From the human T2T-CHM13v2.0 reference genome, Homo sapiens, in NCBI RefSeq assembly GCF_009914755.1, contig NC_060926.1: a DNA stretch of 64,000 bases; one strand, given 5' to 3'. The first letter of the stretch is position 1. Each line of letters starts with the position of its first letter. Of this stretch, positions 12,305 through 24,789 are shown piece after piece. Made by a program: the position numbers and the translations under genes. The notes below the pieces were generated by a model. The model did not search any database. It was not told the origin of the DNA and was given only the letters and a program-made list of their open reading frames with translations.

Positions 12305-13801
12305 GCTCCCTTGCCCCTTCTACCATGTAACGTTACAATGAGAAGATGGCCATCTATAAGGAAGTGGGCCTTCTCACCAGTCACCGAATCTCCCAGTGCC
12401 TTGATCTTGAACTTCCCAGCCTTCAGAACTGTGAGAAATAAATTTCCATTGTGCATTAGCCACCTAGTCTGTGGTATTTTTGTTATTGCAACCCAAAAGC
12501 ACTAAGACAATGACTGAGATATAAATGACTACTTGTGCTAATTGCCATTGACTTTTCCTTATAGTACTTTAAATCATCATCCCATCAGAACTTACAACAG
12601 TTTTATAATGAGGATGAGGCAGATATTACTGATTATTTTAATGATAGGGGAGACGAAAACTGAGGTATGGAGATTAAATGACAACCAATCGAATAACTAC
12701 ACCTGAGCTGAGACTAAAACTCTAGTTTCCTACCCCTAGCCAGCCAATGCTGTCTCATTCAGCTTTGCCGCCTCTCCCAGGAAAATAGTGTCTGGTACTC
12801 ATGGAAATACTGATTCCTCTGTCCCCATCATCACTAGAGGACTCTGCACCCAGGAAATGCTGACTTCCAACCAGAGATCAGCATGCTGACTCCTGGCACC
12901 ATGCCCAGGGTCTGGTAAATGTGGTAGATGGCACACACAGAATGTCAGGGTGTAGACATTACAACACCCAGGTTGAACAAATCACTGCCTTCTTTAAATA
13001 GACTTTCTGTAAATTATGAAAATGAAGGTAAATAGTCAGTTTTCTGACTGTTTTCTTTCTCAGCCTGGCTTTGTGAGTTCTTATCACACATTCTTATACA
13101 TCTTCCTCCAAAACAGGATGAAAGCTGACCTTTCGGTATATTTATTTCTCATCTAGTAAAACTTCAGCTAAAGCCTCCTAATTGCTTTGAAATTGAGACT
13201 AGTACTGGGATTATGTGACTATGTTTAACAGAAATAGATCTTCTGCTGGGAGGTAAAGAAAATGACCATGCATGACTTCCGTAGGTCATTTCACCACAGC
13301 TAAACGTGGCTTCGGGGTCAGCCAGCCAACCTCACTGAACACATATCTTGCTTCCTACTCTTCTGGAATGAATAGTGCTCATGGTTCTTCCCCAGTCCAC
13401 AATCAATATGGACTCATCCAGCCAGATGTGATGCTCTGCGTCTTTCAGCTCACTGATCCAAACCCAGTATTCATGCACATCACATGCATCTGAGACACTC
13501 CAGGGAGAGTCGCTGCCTGTGTAAATCAACCCACAGATAATTCTTAGCGTTATGTCACATTTCCATTATGGTAAATGCATGATCTAAGCACACCTTCCAC
13601 CAGCCAGCCACGGATCTCCCAAATGGTCTTCCTCAGCCTTTGCTCTGTACTCCTTCTCCTTAAGCCCCAATCCCTTCATCATTAACACTGATCTACCCTT
13701 TAGGATATAGCAGAGATGCTAAATTAATCTAGAAAGTAAGCTCCCCAAGGATGTGCTAGATCATCACTCCCCTGTGTTCCTAAAGCAACTGGGAAAGGAA
13801 C

Positions 13802-14160
13802 TGCCATAGGCTAAATTTCTACTCCCTCCTCCCCCCAGAATTTATTTGTTGACATCCCCAGTGTGATGTTATTTTGAGGTAGGGTCTTTGGGAGGTAATT
13901 AGGTCATAAGGATAGAACCCTCATGAATAAAATTTGTGCCTTTTAAATGAGGCCCCAAAGAGATCCCTCACCCCTCCTACCATGTGAGATTATAGAGGGA
14001 AAAAGACCTTCTATGAATCAGGAAGCAAGCCCTTACCATACCCTGAATTTGCCAGTGCCCTGATCTTGGCCTTCTCAGCCTCCAGAACTGTGAGAAATAA
14101 ATTTCTGTTGTTTATAAACTACCCATCTTATTATATTTTGTTATTGCAGCCTGAAAATAA
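13802..14160 (+). mobile_element. MLT1A-type MaLR LTR
   Basis: gggtctttgggaggtaattaggtcat...cagcctccagaactgtgagaaataaatttctgttgtttataa. Confidence 0.75.
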
Positions 14161-14269
14161 GAATTAAATATTAATTTCCTACTGCAAATTGCAGTAGATT
14201 TTCAGTAAGCCCTGACTCCAAATCAAAGTCAAACTAGGCTAACTACATGAACACTGTATTTTACCTCTT

Positions 14270-14412
14270 TTCTTGTCTGTATCCTTCCATCTAGTATATT
14301 CTAAGCTTCTTAATCCTAAGCACAAGGACTGTGTCTTATTTTTAGTACTATCTCCAGCCCCTAGCTCAAGCACCAACACTTAAGGAGCACTCAATACCAG
14401 TTGAATGAATTT
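14270..14412 (+). mobile_element. L2 LINE 3' end fragment
   Basis: caaggactgtgtcttatt...tatctccagcccctagc...cactcaata...gttgaatgaat. Confidence 0.6.
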
Positions 14413-16858
14413 TGTTAGATTGCAGAGGGTCTGGAATCTGTATTGTCTTTGTGCAATTGCAGCTGAAGGTCATACACTATACAACCAAAATGCACCAGTA
14501 GATAATGGAGATTTTGCCTAGATCAATTATCCTGGCCAAAGGTCCAACTTACAGTAATACTTTCATTCTAATTAAAAGGCTAATAGCTGCTGCAATCAAA
14601 CTTACAAATATTCTACCCAGGTATGTGTTGACAACTTTTCAGTACACATTTTGCAATGTATGATTTTTTTTTTTTTTTGAATGCAGGAAATAGCTGAAAA
14701 CAGAGTACTTTTTATACTGCAGAGCTGGATTTTCACTCACCTAGACTGGCTGTCCACAGTCATGCTACTAGGCAATTCTAATTGTTGTTCTCATGTGGAA
14801 CCAATGAGGATAGAGGCATCATGATAGTGAGTGCCAGGCCAAGTCACAAAGCAGCTTGGTAGTCTGCACACGAAAATGAGAATTCCTATTGGTGTAAAAT
14901 GTTGCTGCACTGAAAGGCACTCCATTTCTGAGATGTTCTTTATAGACATCATTGCCGGGACACTACCTTTGTCCTTGAAAAAGTGTTTTTTTTCCAGGAG
15001 CACCACTTCATGCTGAGCTACATGAAAAAGCTGAGGTATCAGCTTCAAATATACCTTATAAATAAGCATATGTTATAAATGACTATTACAATGTAAGCCA
15101 CCGATTCAACATTAATAATAATGCATAAATGAGACCCAGAGGCAGACACACAAGCTAGACTGTCCCTTATAAAAGGCAGGCACACATTTATATTTTTCAT
15201 TATTCATTTTTTAAAGTAAGATTCCAAATCTTCTTTAGCATACAGTTTATAGTAAATCAAATGAGAAAAGAGAAAAGAATTACTGTACACATTGTCAAAA
15301 TCCTTTATAAGATGCAGGAGAAGGCTTCTGTCTGCTTGTTTTTATTATTGTTATTCCTAGTCTACTTTAATAAGAAAGGTTTCATTCTGATCTAATTCAA
15401 AAGCTACATTGCACCTTCTCTTTCCACATCCTCACCCATCTGTTTGATGACTAGGAGTTAGAAAACATGCTAGGAAAAAGCTCTTTAAATAATCAGAGTG
15501 TTACTTGTTATTTCAAGTAGTCAACAGGTTCTTTAAATGAAACTGGACATTTTTAATTCTCTTGACACTTTCAGAAAACTATCATTCAGGGCAAAATGCC
15601 ACCAGTTTTATTATCAACACTACATATTTCTGTGATGCTATGGGAAAACCAAACGCTAGAAATGAATATTTCTGGAAATATTTCACAAGCATATCTTACA
15701 TACATTATAGACAAAACTCCTTCTGGGTCATGCTTCTTGTGATAAATTAGTGGTGTCTTGTGCAAAAGCATGTGCATTGAAGACAGACTGGTAGAATAAT
15801 CTGCATGGAACTTTTAATCAAATCTTACACAAAACCAGGGCTCCAAAGGTGGTCTTATTTCCTCCACATAAGAGAGGCAGCTCTGTTTCAATTAGTACCT
15901 CAACCTCAGAAAACACTAGCAGAAAACTGCATAATCAAAAAAAGAAATTTTAAGGCCTTTCCCAATTCAAAAAAAAAAAAAAAGAAGAAGAAGAAGAAGA
16001 AATGGGTAATTAAGGATTAAAAATACCCTGAAATCTTAATGTGGCAGTATAAACATGCCTTATGATACCATGGCAACATTCTCTCTTTTTTAATGAAATT
16101 GATTAATTAGTCTGTGAGCTTGCAAAATGTCAGAGCAAAAGGATTCAGAATGCTTCTCTTCACAGCTAAGGTCTTTCTTGTCTCTTTCTTCCAGAGCTTG
16201 TCAATCAGAAACACTAGAGGTCAATCTATGGAAGAAATCTCAAACTGCAGCTTTGTTTTAAATGCATGAGAAATATGGAGGCTTCCATAGTTTGCATTCC
16301 AAATCAGCTCAGAAGATCCAGAGATGAGAATCTCTTGGATACATAAGGCTCAAACTAAACACAGCCCCATTTGACTGGAGGGAGAATGGAAGAAGAGAAC
16401 TAGGGAAGTTGTTTTGCAAATCAAGCCAGCTGGAAACAAAGTTGTGTACGTGTATCTGCGTGTATGATATAGCTATGAAGGAAAGAGACCATTTCCACAA
16501 TTCATACATGGAAATATCACATGATAGTCATATCTCATACATATATACAAAGTTAAGTAGATTTAAATATATTAGCATGTTTTTACATATGTTATAGATC
16601 TCTAGGAGTTACTAAGCAGAGGCACAAAATGAAATGTTAGCCTTTGCTATTTGTTCAGGACAAAGGAGGTCATATTCTATTTTGGAAGCAGAAGCAAAGA
16701 CTATATTTACTGCAAGAATGAGCCTAGTCAGAGTGAATTGTGTAGCTAGATTGCTAGTCACCTTTGTCTTATGTTAGTACTACTGTCCTACTTGCATAAA
16801 AAGACCCCTCCACACACACCTCCCTACTGCATGGAGGCCAGAAATTTCTACCACTAGA

Positions 16859-17081
16859 GCAGGATTACTCAATGTCAGCACTATTAGCATTCTAGTACAG
16901 ATAAATCTTTGTTGTTGGAGACTGTTCTGTACATTTTAGGATGTTTAGCACCTTTGCTGGCCTCTACCCTCTAGATGCCAGTAGCATACCCCACTTGTGA
17001 CAACCAAATTATCTGCAGACACTGCAATGTCCCAGGTTCTTAGAAGGAGGGGAAAATTACCCTCAGTAGCAAAACACTGCA
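16859..17081. mobile_element. MER20 DNA transposon
   Basis: aggatgtttagca...ggcctctaccctctagatgccagtagca...ttgtgacaaccaaa. Confidence 0.8.
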
Positions 17082-17121
17082 CTAGAATAATCAGTAAGAA
17101 AAGAAAAAAAGGAGAGCACTA

Positions 17122-17435
17122 TGTCTTCTGAAAATAAATGAAGATCACCTAAATGAGGACACACAGAGGTTACTTATTCAGGGCTTGCGATAGCAAGGGA
17201 GTCAGCTACCATCACTTGTGATTGGCAGAGATTCAAAGGTAGGCAGCGGAGTAGAAAGCCTTTATGTGATCTATCAATCAGAAATGCTCTGGTTGGTGGT
17301 TGTTGGCATGGCAAGGCTGGAGGCAGGACACCTTAAGTGACTGGTTTGGGATGCATGTTTGGCTTTCTCTGGTTGGCCCTGAGATGGGAGCAGGGACAAA
17401 ATAAAAATAGAGAAGCTCAAAGTCATTGAATAAGT
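17122..17435 (-). mobile_element. ERV1 LTR fragment (MER89-like)
   Basis: ttattcagggcttgcgatagcaagggagtcagctaccatcacttg...tttggctttctctggttgg; family from memory. Confidence 0.45.
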
Positions 17436-17484
17436 GGTTTTCACCTTTGTGTTCCCAGTACCCACTGCAGTTCCTGGAGGCATT

Positions 17485-18022
17485 TGTACTAGTTTCCTTT
17501 TGCAGCTGTAAAAAGTTACCACAAATTTAGTGGGTTAAAACAATACAACTTCATTATCTTACAGTTCTGTAAATTAGAACTCTAGTATGTGTCCTAGGGG
17601 GCTACAACCAAAGTGTCAGGACTGCACTCTTTTCTGGAGAGTCTAGGCATGAATCCATTTTCTTTCCTTTTCCAGCTTCTAGAAGCTGCTTGCATTCTTG
17701 GCCCATGGTCCCATTTTCCAGCTCCAAAGCTAGCGACTTTAAATTCAGTAGTCGGCATCTCTCTCTAATTCTCTTCTGCCTCCCTCTTCTAATTTTAGGA
17801 ATCCTTGTGATTACATTGGGCCCACCCAGATAACCCAAGATAATCTCCCCAAAATCAGCTCTGTAGTAACCTTAACTTATTGATTTATTAATTAATAAAT
17901 TAATTATAAATTGATTTCATCTGAAGCCTTAATTTCCCTTTGCCATCCAGCATAAAATATCTACTACAAGCTCCAGGGATTAGGACATGAACATCTTTGA
18001 GGGTAATTATTCTTCCTACTAC
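17485..18022 (-). mobile_element. MLT1C/D MaLR LTR
   Basis: ttaccacaaatttagtgggttaaaacaa...cttgtgattacattgggcccacccagataa. Confidence 0.8.
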
Positions 18023-18029
18023 CGCACTA

Positions 18030-18200
18030 AATAAGCAAAGTGTAGTCCCTGGACCAGCACCATTAGCATCACGCAGAAACTTGTTGGAAATGCAAATTCC
18101 ACGGCCTCATCCTACATTTGCTAATCCATAATCTCTGTGGGTAGATCCCAGCAACCTGTGTTTTAACAAGTGCTCCAGGTCTCATGCTCAAGAAACATTG
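18030..18200. mobile_element. MER5A1-type DNA transposon
   Basis: caaagtgtagtccctggaccagca...gaaatgcaaattc...ctgtgttttaacaag. Confidence 0.7.
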
Positions 18201-18387
18201 ATCTATACTCCATATCCATTCTACCCACTCCAAAAGTATATGGTCTATATATGAAGCCTTTTGATATTGCCACAATTAAATTCTTAGAAATACACTCTTT
18301 ACCGAGTAATTACAGAGTAATCTTTCCAAAATGTGATTTCTAATCTAATAGAGGATATCACTCCTTTACTAATAATCCTTAAATGCA

Positions 18388-18591
18388 TGTGATGGTTAAT
18401 TTTATATGTCACCTTGACTGAGTTAAGGGATGCCAGAGAGCTAGTAAAACATTATTTCTAGGTGTGTCTGTGAGGGTGTTTTCAGAAGAGATTAGCATTT
18501 GATGATGATTAGCATTTGATGATTAGCATTTTCTATGTAACTATATATATTCCATTGGTTCTGTTTCTCTGGTGAACCCCTAGGTAATCCA
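18388..18591 (+). mobile_element. Internally deleted MLT2B (ERVL) LTR
   Basis: both termini present (tgtgatggttaatttt...ttctgtttctctggtgaaccc...taatcca); TSD atgca/ctgca; centre missing relative to the copy at 36983-37548. Confidence 0.75.
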
Positions 18592-18728
18592 CTGCAGAGA
18601 TACCGATGACTTCATGGGCTTCCTATTATAGGATGGCATGGAGAGGAGAATAGGGAGGTAGCCCAGTGGGAAGCAGCTGTGGAATTTTAAGTCAGGCCTC
18701 TACCACAGAAATTTTCAGGTTTTGAGTG

Positions 18729-19230
18729 TGTAATGAGTGATTTTATGTGTCAGCTTGACTGAGCCCCAGGGTGCCTTGATATTTAGTTCTACATAATTTC
18801 TGGGTGTGTCTATGAGGGTGCTTTTGTATGCAATTGACTTCTGAATCAAAAGACTGAGTAAAGCAGACGGCCCTCCCCAATCTCTAGAAGGTCTGAAGAG
18901 ATAAAAGGCTTAGTAAGAAAGAATTCCTTCTCTCTACCTGACTGTCTTCAAGCTGGGACATTGGTCTCCTGCCTCCAGACTTGAACAGGAAACTATACCA
19001 TCAGGTCTCCTGGTTCTCAAGCCCTCAGACTCTGACTGGAACTACACCATCAGCTCTCCTGGGTCTCCAGCTTGCTGATTGTGGATCTTAGGACTTCTCA
19101 GCCTCCATATTTCATGAGCCAATTCCTTATAGTAGATAGATTATAGATAGGTAGGTAGGTAGGTAGGGAGAGAGAGAGAGGATAGATTCTATTAGTTCTG
19201 TTTCTCTGGAGAATCCAGACTATTAATTAA
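18729..19230 (+). mobile_element. MLT2 (MLT2D-like) LTR with internal TAGA/TAGG/GA microsatellite
   Basis: gattttatgtgtcagcttgactgag...gactgagtaaagcagacggccctcccc...gttctgtttctctggagaa. Confidence 0.8.
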
Positions 19231-19459
19231 CGCAGGATGGCAACCAATTAAAGGAGCACTTAGCAATTTATTGAGTGCAGCTACTATTGTTTTTCATAAA
19301 ATAGAGTGTTTTCATAAAGTGTTAAAAATAAATAAAATAAAGTGCACAGCACATAGAAAGGGTTAAGTATTGTCTGGTGAATCTTCAGTTTCTGTGATTC
19401 ATATCCATATAGGTGTACAGTTTGACATCAAGTACTTTTCTTCCTATAAATCAGTGTCA

Positions 19460-19755
19460 GGCCAGTCACGGTGGCTCACGCCTGTAATCCCAGCACTTTG
19501 GGAGGCAGAGGCATGTGGATCACCTGACGTGAGGAGTTCAAGACCAGCCTGGCCAACATGGTGAAACCCCATCTCTACTAAAAATACAAAAATTAGCTGG
19601 GTGTGGTGGCAGGCACCTGTAATCCCAGACACTCAGGCAGCTAAGCCAAGAGAATCTTTTGAACCCAGGACTCAGAGGTTGCAGTGAGGCAAGATTGTGC
19701 CATTGCACTCCAGCCTGGGCAACGAGAGTGAAACTCCATCTCAAAAAAAAAAAAA
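19460..19755 (+). mobile_element. AluS (Sq/Sp-like)
   Basis: full dimer; gggcaacgagagtgaaactcc 3' end. Confidence 0.9.
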
Positions 19756-19844
19756 GAAGAAGAAGAAAAGGAGAGAAGGAGAAGGGAGAAGGGACAAGGG
19801 GAAGAAGAAGAAGAAGAAAGAAGAAGAAGAAGAAAAAGAAGAAA
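19743..19844 (+). repeat. Alu-tail-derived polypurine/(GAA)n tract
   Basis: 102 nt of A/G with a single C at 19795. Confidence 0.9.
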
Positions 19845-20958
19845 TCAGGCAGGGTCAATACAGCTTGAAAAACCTTGCTCAAGGAGATGTTGGACTGGTG
19901 CTGGACACTTCTCCTGGACCACCCTGTATCTCTTCCCCTGGAAGTGATTCCATCCTGAAACGATGGCCTATTTTGCACAGCACAATTAGTACTTGGCACA
20001 TCCAACTATCACGTGATTCACTGTGATTTTTTTGCATGTGTCTTAACTTCTCAATCACACTCTAGGTTCTCTGTGAACCAGGACAGGCTTCATTCTGCTT
20101 CACAACTTCCTCCAAGCTTGGCCCACTGTCTGACACATAAAGTAGATTGTTAATGAATGTTGGTTAGTTGGCTGAATTTTACAAACCGTCAAGTTTATTA
20201 AGAGAATCAGGTGAAATGTTTAGATGGGAAAAAAACCAATGGCCTCTCAAAAACAGTCCAAATGCCAGATGTCCCCTTGAAAATGACAACCGACTAGCAG
20301 TCCAAACAAGTGCATTAAGCCATCACTAGCAAGACACAATGCAGCTGCGACCCTGCATTAATAAAGAGAGCAGAAACCAAGACAACCTGTTTTCACTCTG
20401 CTTGGAAATCTATGCTCTTCCCCAGCCATCAAAATTGAGTGAGAAATTGCAGTGGATACAATCAGCTCTTATTTATTATCAACATTTCACAGCAGCAAGC
20501 ATTAATAATACATCTTATACTTACAAAGCTTTTGTTTTCAGCTTTCCCTCATACTGAGCCAGCAAGAGTTGAGAATGTCTATGGAATCCAGCCTTTGTTG
20601 GTAAAAGAAGAATTTCAAAGAGAGGGAAAAAAAATCAAAATATAAAGCTATCTAAATAGTCAACATGCAATTATTCAATTATGCTACTTTATGATATATC
20701 TGACATAAGTCATTATAATAAAGCCAGAAACAAATGCCACACATAAAACAAGAACCACCAAAATAAGTCCTCGGTATGAACAGAGCTTCCTGCCTCAATG
20801 CATAATTTATACTGTCTATAAAACCAACACCTGGGAACTGCTAATTTAATTAGTTTGTATCGAACACTTAATTATAGTAAGCCAAGGTTTAGGACTAGCT
20901 TGACAGCTGTTTTCATTACATCTAATTAATCTGTGGCATTCGGTTCTTTTTCTCTCGC

Positions 20959-21348
20959 TGTATTAGTCAGCTCAGGCTGCCATAACAAAATACCAGTTTG
21001 GGTGTCTTAAACAATAGAAATTTATTTTCTCACCATTATGGAGGCTGGGAAGTCTAAGATCAAGCTTCCAGCAAGGCTCACTTTTTGGTGAGGGTGCTCT
21101 TGCTGGCTTGTGGGTGGTTGCCTTCTCACTATGTTCTCACATGGCCCTTCCTTGGTGTGTGCACACAGAGAATGAGAGAGATTGAAAGAGACGGAGAGAC
21201 GAGATGGAGGTCTCTGGTGTCTCCACCCTTATAACCTCAGTTAACATTAATTAACTTCCTTAGAGGTCCCATCTCCAAATACAGTCATCCTGGGTGTTAG
21301 GGCTTCAACACATGAATTTGGGGGTAACACAAATATTCAGTCCGTACA
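20959..21348 (-). mobile_element. MLT1A-type MaLR LTR
   Basis: tgtattagtcagctcaggctgccataac...ttcagtccgtaca; TSD ctcgc/ctcgt. Confidence 0.85.
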
Positions 21349-21769
21349 CTCGTCTTGCACAGACTGTAAAGATTATTTGGTTTTGTTTGGTCTGAGGAAT
21401 CAGTTCCACCAGACGATATCATGTCCATGTTATACTCCCTTAATTTTCCCTCATTCCAACCATTTATGTGCCAACAGTAGAAAGTGGTGCCTGCTCAAGG
21501 ATACTTCATCTGTCTACCATGGACTCACCAACCCTACCCAGGAACAACCATGTTGGCCCAGCATCTCCCCCACAAAGTTTTCCCCGACAGCCCCAAGCTT
21601 CATAAAGGAATTCATTCATTTATTCACCTATCAGCACACATTTACTAAGTCACTTACACCAGGCACTGCACAAGACAATAGAGTTACAGTGTCAAAGAAG
21701 CCCCAGTCCTCGCCACCAAGGAGTTCCCAGCCCAGTGGAGAACACAGAAAGGAAACATTAAGAATTCAG

Positions 21770-22215
21770 GAGAAACTCAACCTTAACATTTGCAGGCCTC
21801 AGGCTGAGGGTAAAAATAGGGGCCTGCATATTATATATTAGAATGTCTAAATTATATAATTCAAGCTAGCAAGCAGTTACATAAAATATGTTCTTTCCTA
21901 CAATCTTAATAAATATAACTTCAAAATTACCTGGAAGACAGATTCCAATTTAGAACTAGCAGAACAGAAAAAAAAAAAAAATGCATCCTGTGGCTTACTG
22001 CCCTTCTCTTCCTTCCCCCAGCTCCAGGCTGCCTGGTAAGGGGTCTGGCACACACATGTGGACACCTTCACATGTCCAAGCTCTATCCACAGCCCCTGCA
22101 AATAGCTGTCCCTTGATGGATCAAATAAAAAGACCTACAAATGTTCTGGAAATAGACTCAGGGCAGAGGGTTTTGGAGCCTGGGTTTGAAGTGTGTTCAA
22201 GGATTGGGGCACCCA
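21770..22215. mobile_element. MER115-like (hAT-Tip100) fragment
   Basis: tcaagctagcaagcagttacataaaatatgttct...tgtggacacc...gtccaagctctatccaca; family from memory. Confidence 0.55.
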
Positions 22216-22258
22216 TCAAGAGGGACATTACAAAAACAACAGAGCAGGGCCCTCTAAA

Positions 22259-22432
22259 GCAGTGCTTGGCAAATACCTGCATGAGCACCACCTAGAGACT
22301 GCGTTAGAACATGGATTCCTGAACTCCACCCCCAGAGATGAGGCTCCGGTGGGTCTGGGGTGCAGCCCAAGAATTTTTATTTCTAACAGTTCTCACAAGA
22401 TGTCTATCAGTGGACCATACAATGAATAGCCT
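22259..22432. mobile_element. MER5A DNA transposon
   Basis: ccacccccagag...ggtctggggtgcagcccaagaatttttatttctaaca. Confidence 0.65.
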
Positions 22433-24789
22433 GATGCACAGGACCCAGGACACGGCTCTGTTAAGTCAAGTCTAATGGTGGCACTGATTTAGTGAGATAT
22501 GTGCTACCAAAAAACTATGCAGAGTGCTAGCTGTAGCCACAGTAAGTGTATATACACTTACATATATACAAGTATACACTGAGAGCCAACTTTGTGCCAA
22601 GTACTATACTGGCTGCCTCATTCATTCACCAAAGAATTATTGAACAAGAAACTATGAATGTGGAAGAACTATACACCAAAAAAGGCCCATCTTATTGTAT
22701 GTACATTTAATTTTTTTAATGTAAAAATGCTTAAAATAAAAAGCAAAAAAAAATCAATCTGTTCTAGAGATTTCCACTTTTTTGCAGGGGGGTCCTGTTT
22801 ATAGTATCATATATGATCAAACTGCGCTAGAATGTTCACACCTGTTACTGCAAATTCAAATCCCAGGAAAGACTTCTCCTGGGAATTTACTTTAGGTCAG
22901 GGTTGGGGTGCCTGGTACAAGGCTGCACCCACAGCTGGGCAGGTTCAGCCACACAGGAGCCTTTCCCCAGACCATGAGAGTTCCACTTCTAACAGCAGAG
23001 TATCTCGTATCAGAATGTTACTCCTGCTACCAATTATCAACTCTCATCAAAATATTTTAAAAACTTGGAGGCACTAGAAAACAATCTACTGTGTGCCAGA
23101 TGCAAGTCTAGGCATGAATACACTTCAGCGGGAAAAGAAAAAGTTCATGGCTTCTTTAATATATATGCCTGTAGCATACATCCACAATTCTCATCATATT
23201 AAAAATCAATCATAGACAGCCTCGCTTCAAAGAAGAGGAAACTGTTTCTGAGATGTTAAGAAATTTGTTGCGCAGAACCCAGCAGAGCAAATATTTGAAC
23301 TCAGGCCACCCCCATGCCCTCCCTGCTCTACAGTGAATAATGGGGGAAACACAAGGGAGACACGGAGCTCTAGGTAGACCTTCTGAAAGAGGCAATGAGT
23401 TTTAACTAAGAAAAGTTAGCAAGGTACAAGGAACAAAGGAGAATCACAATTGAAATAAAGACCTTCCAGCAGAGAGGAGGGCTTGTGTGGAGGCTGGAGT
23501 ATTATATAGGACGATGAACAGAAGGAATTAAGAGTGGATTCTTTTATCTGCAATGAAGGGTAGTCACAGCAAAGTGGGAAAGCAGGTAGGGGGCATATGC
23601 ATTGGGAGAATAACTCATGGATATACGCACGAAGCACTAAGCAAATGGGTTTCAGGGAAAGACAAAGCAGGCTTGGGAGATTCATTTCTGAGATCCATTT
23701 TATGCATGTTCTTCTAGTCCTCTCACCTCCTGTAGTAATTAATGTCCACCAAGTTTGTTTTGTAGCTACTTACACACCTTCAAATGAAACCTGTTGATGT
23801 TTTGAACATTTATTTAGGTAGTCTGTTATTATTCCACCATCCACATGTCGTCTGCATCTTGGCACCTCAACAGCCTGCATCATTTGTGAGCAAGAACTGT
23901 GTGGGTGGATTTCAGAGAACAGCCCCTCATTATTTGTTGATTTGGTTCAAAAATGACTGAAGTGTCAATATACTTTGCAAGGAAGTTATTAGCAATGAAA
24001 ATGTCAAGTTACTTCTCACTGGTGATGAACAGAACAAACACAACATGTCCCTTATGAAGGTGCTCAGTAACATTCATATTTGTGGAACCCAATTTGAAAA
24101 GCAGAGAGAAACAGAACTAGTTCCTAATTGGACAGGTTTCTTTATTACATCTTGATCTAAGCAGAGCTAATAATTTTGGTCATAATTTCTCATATGAATC
24201 TCAAGATGGTTATAAGGAATTGAAAATCATCTGTAAAATTCTATCAACTAAATATATTTCACCAACTCCCTTACGTGTTCCTTTAACCATTGAATAAGAG
24301 AACAAATGAGATTTATCACAATATATTTTAAAATCATGTACAATAGAAAATAGCATCAAGGTGACCTCCAAGGAAGTGAATTCTCTTTGTGTGCTGAACT
24401 GGAGGTGTCAAGGGAATATTGATGTCACTTTGGTTTTTTGCAGCAGAAAATGTACACAGTAGTCGCCAAAAACAGAAATATAGACTCCCCAACTTGCAGT
24501 GTAACATCCCATTAAGGAGGTGTAATTTCTTAATTCCCTCAGTATCTAAATCCCTGTATGAAGTATCCACTCTCCACAAAGAGGAATACTACCAAATTTG
24601 GCACAGTACCTTAAACCATGTTGAGTATATGGCACAATTTGCCGTAAGGCAGACTTCTGTTGGCCCCTGCCATAGAAAACTCAATTTTAGCTGTGTACAT
24701 ACAGAGCAAGCCACTCACATTGGGAATGAGGATGGACAAGAGATGAGTTAGAACCTTTTGGGATTATATTGAGGCTATCTGAAGGCTGC

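Larger units (their letters stand above)
10947..12509 (+). mobile_element. MLT1A-type MaLR LTR, outer host of a nested cluster
   Basis: pieces 10947-11044, ~11872-11948 and 12305-12509 join into one LTR ending actaagaca. Confidence 0.75.

Noticed and set aside
18388-19230. Two MLT2 LTRs ~140 bp apart as one collapsed provirus
   Set aside because: They look like different subfamilies, the first has its own TSD, and the spacer lacks recognisable ERVL internal ends.
19538-20026. 155-aa, 69-aa and 109-aa ORFs with poly-K/E/F runs
   Set aside because: Translations of an Alu and its GAA-rich tail; low complexity, not genes.
21377-21841. 154-aa ORF
   Set aside because: Non-ATG start, spans L2 and MER115 fragments, no recognisable domain.
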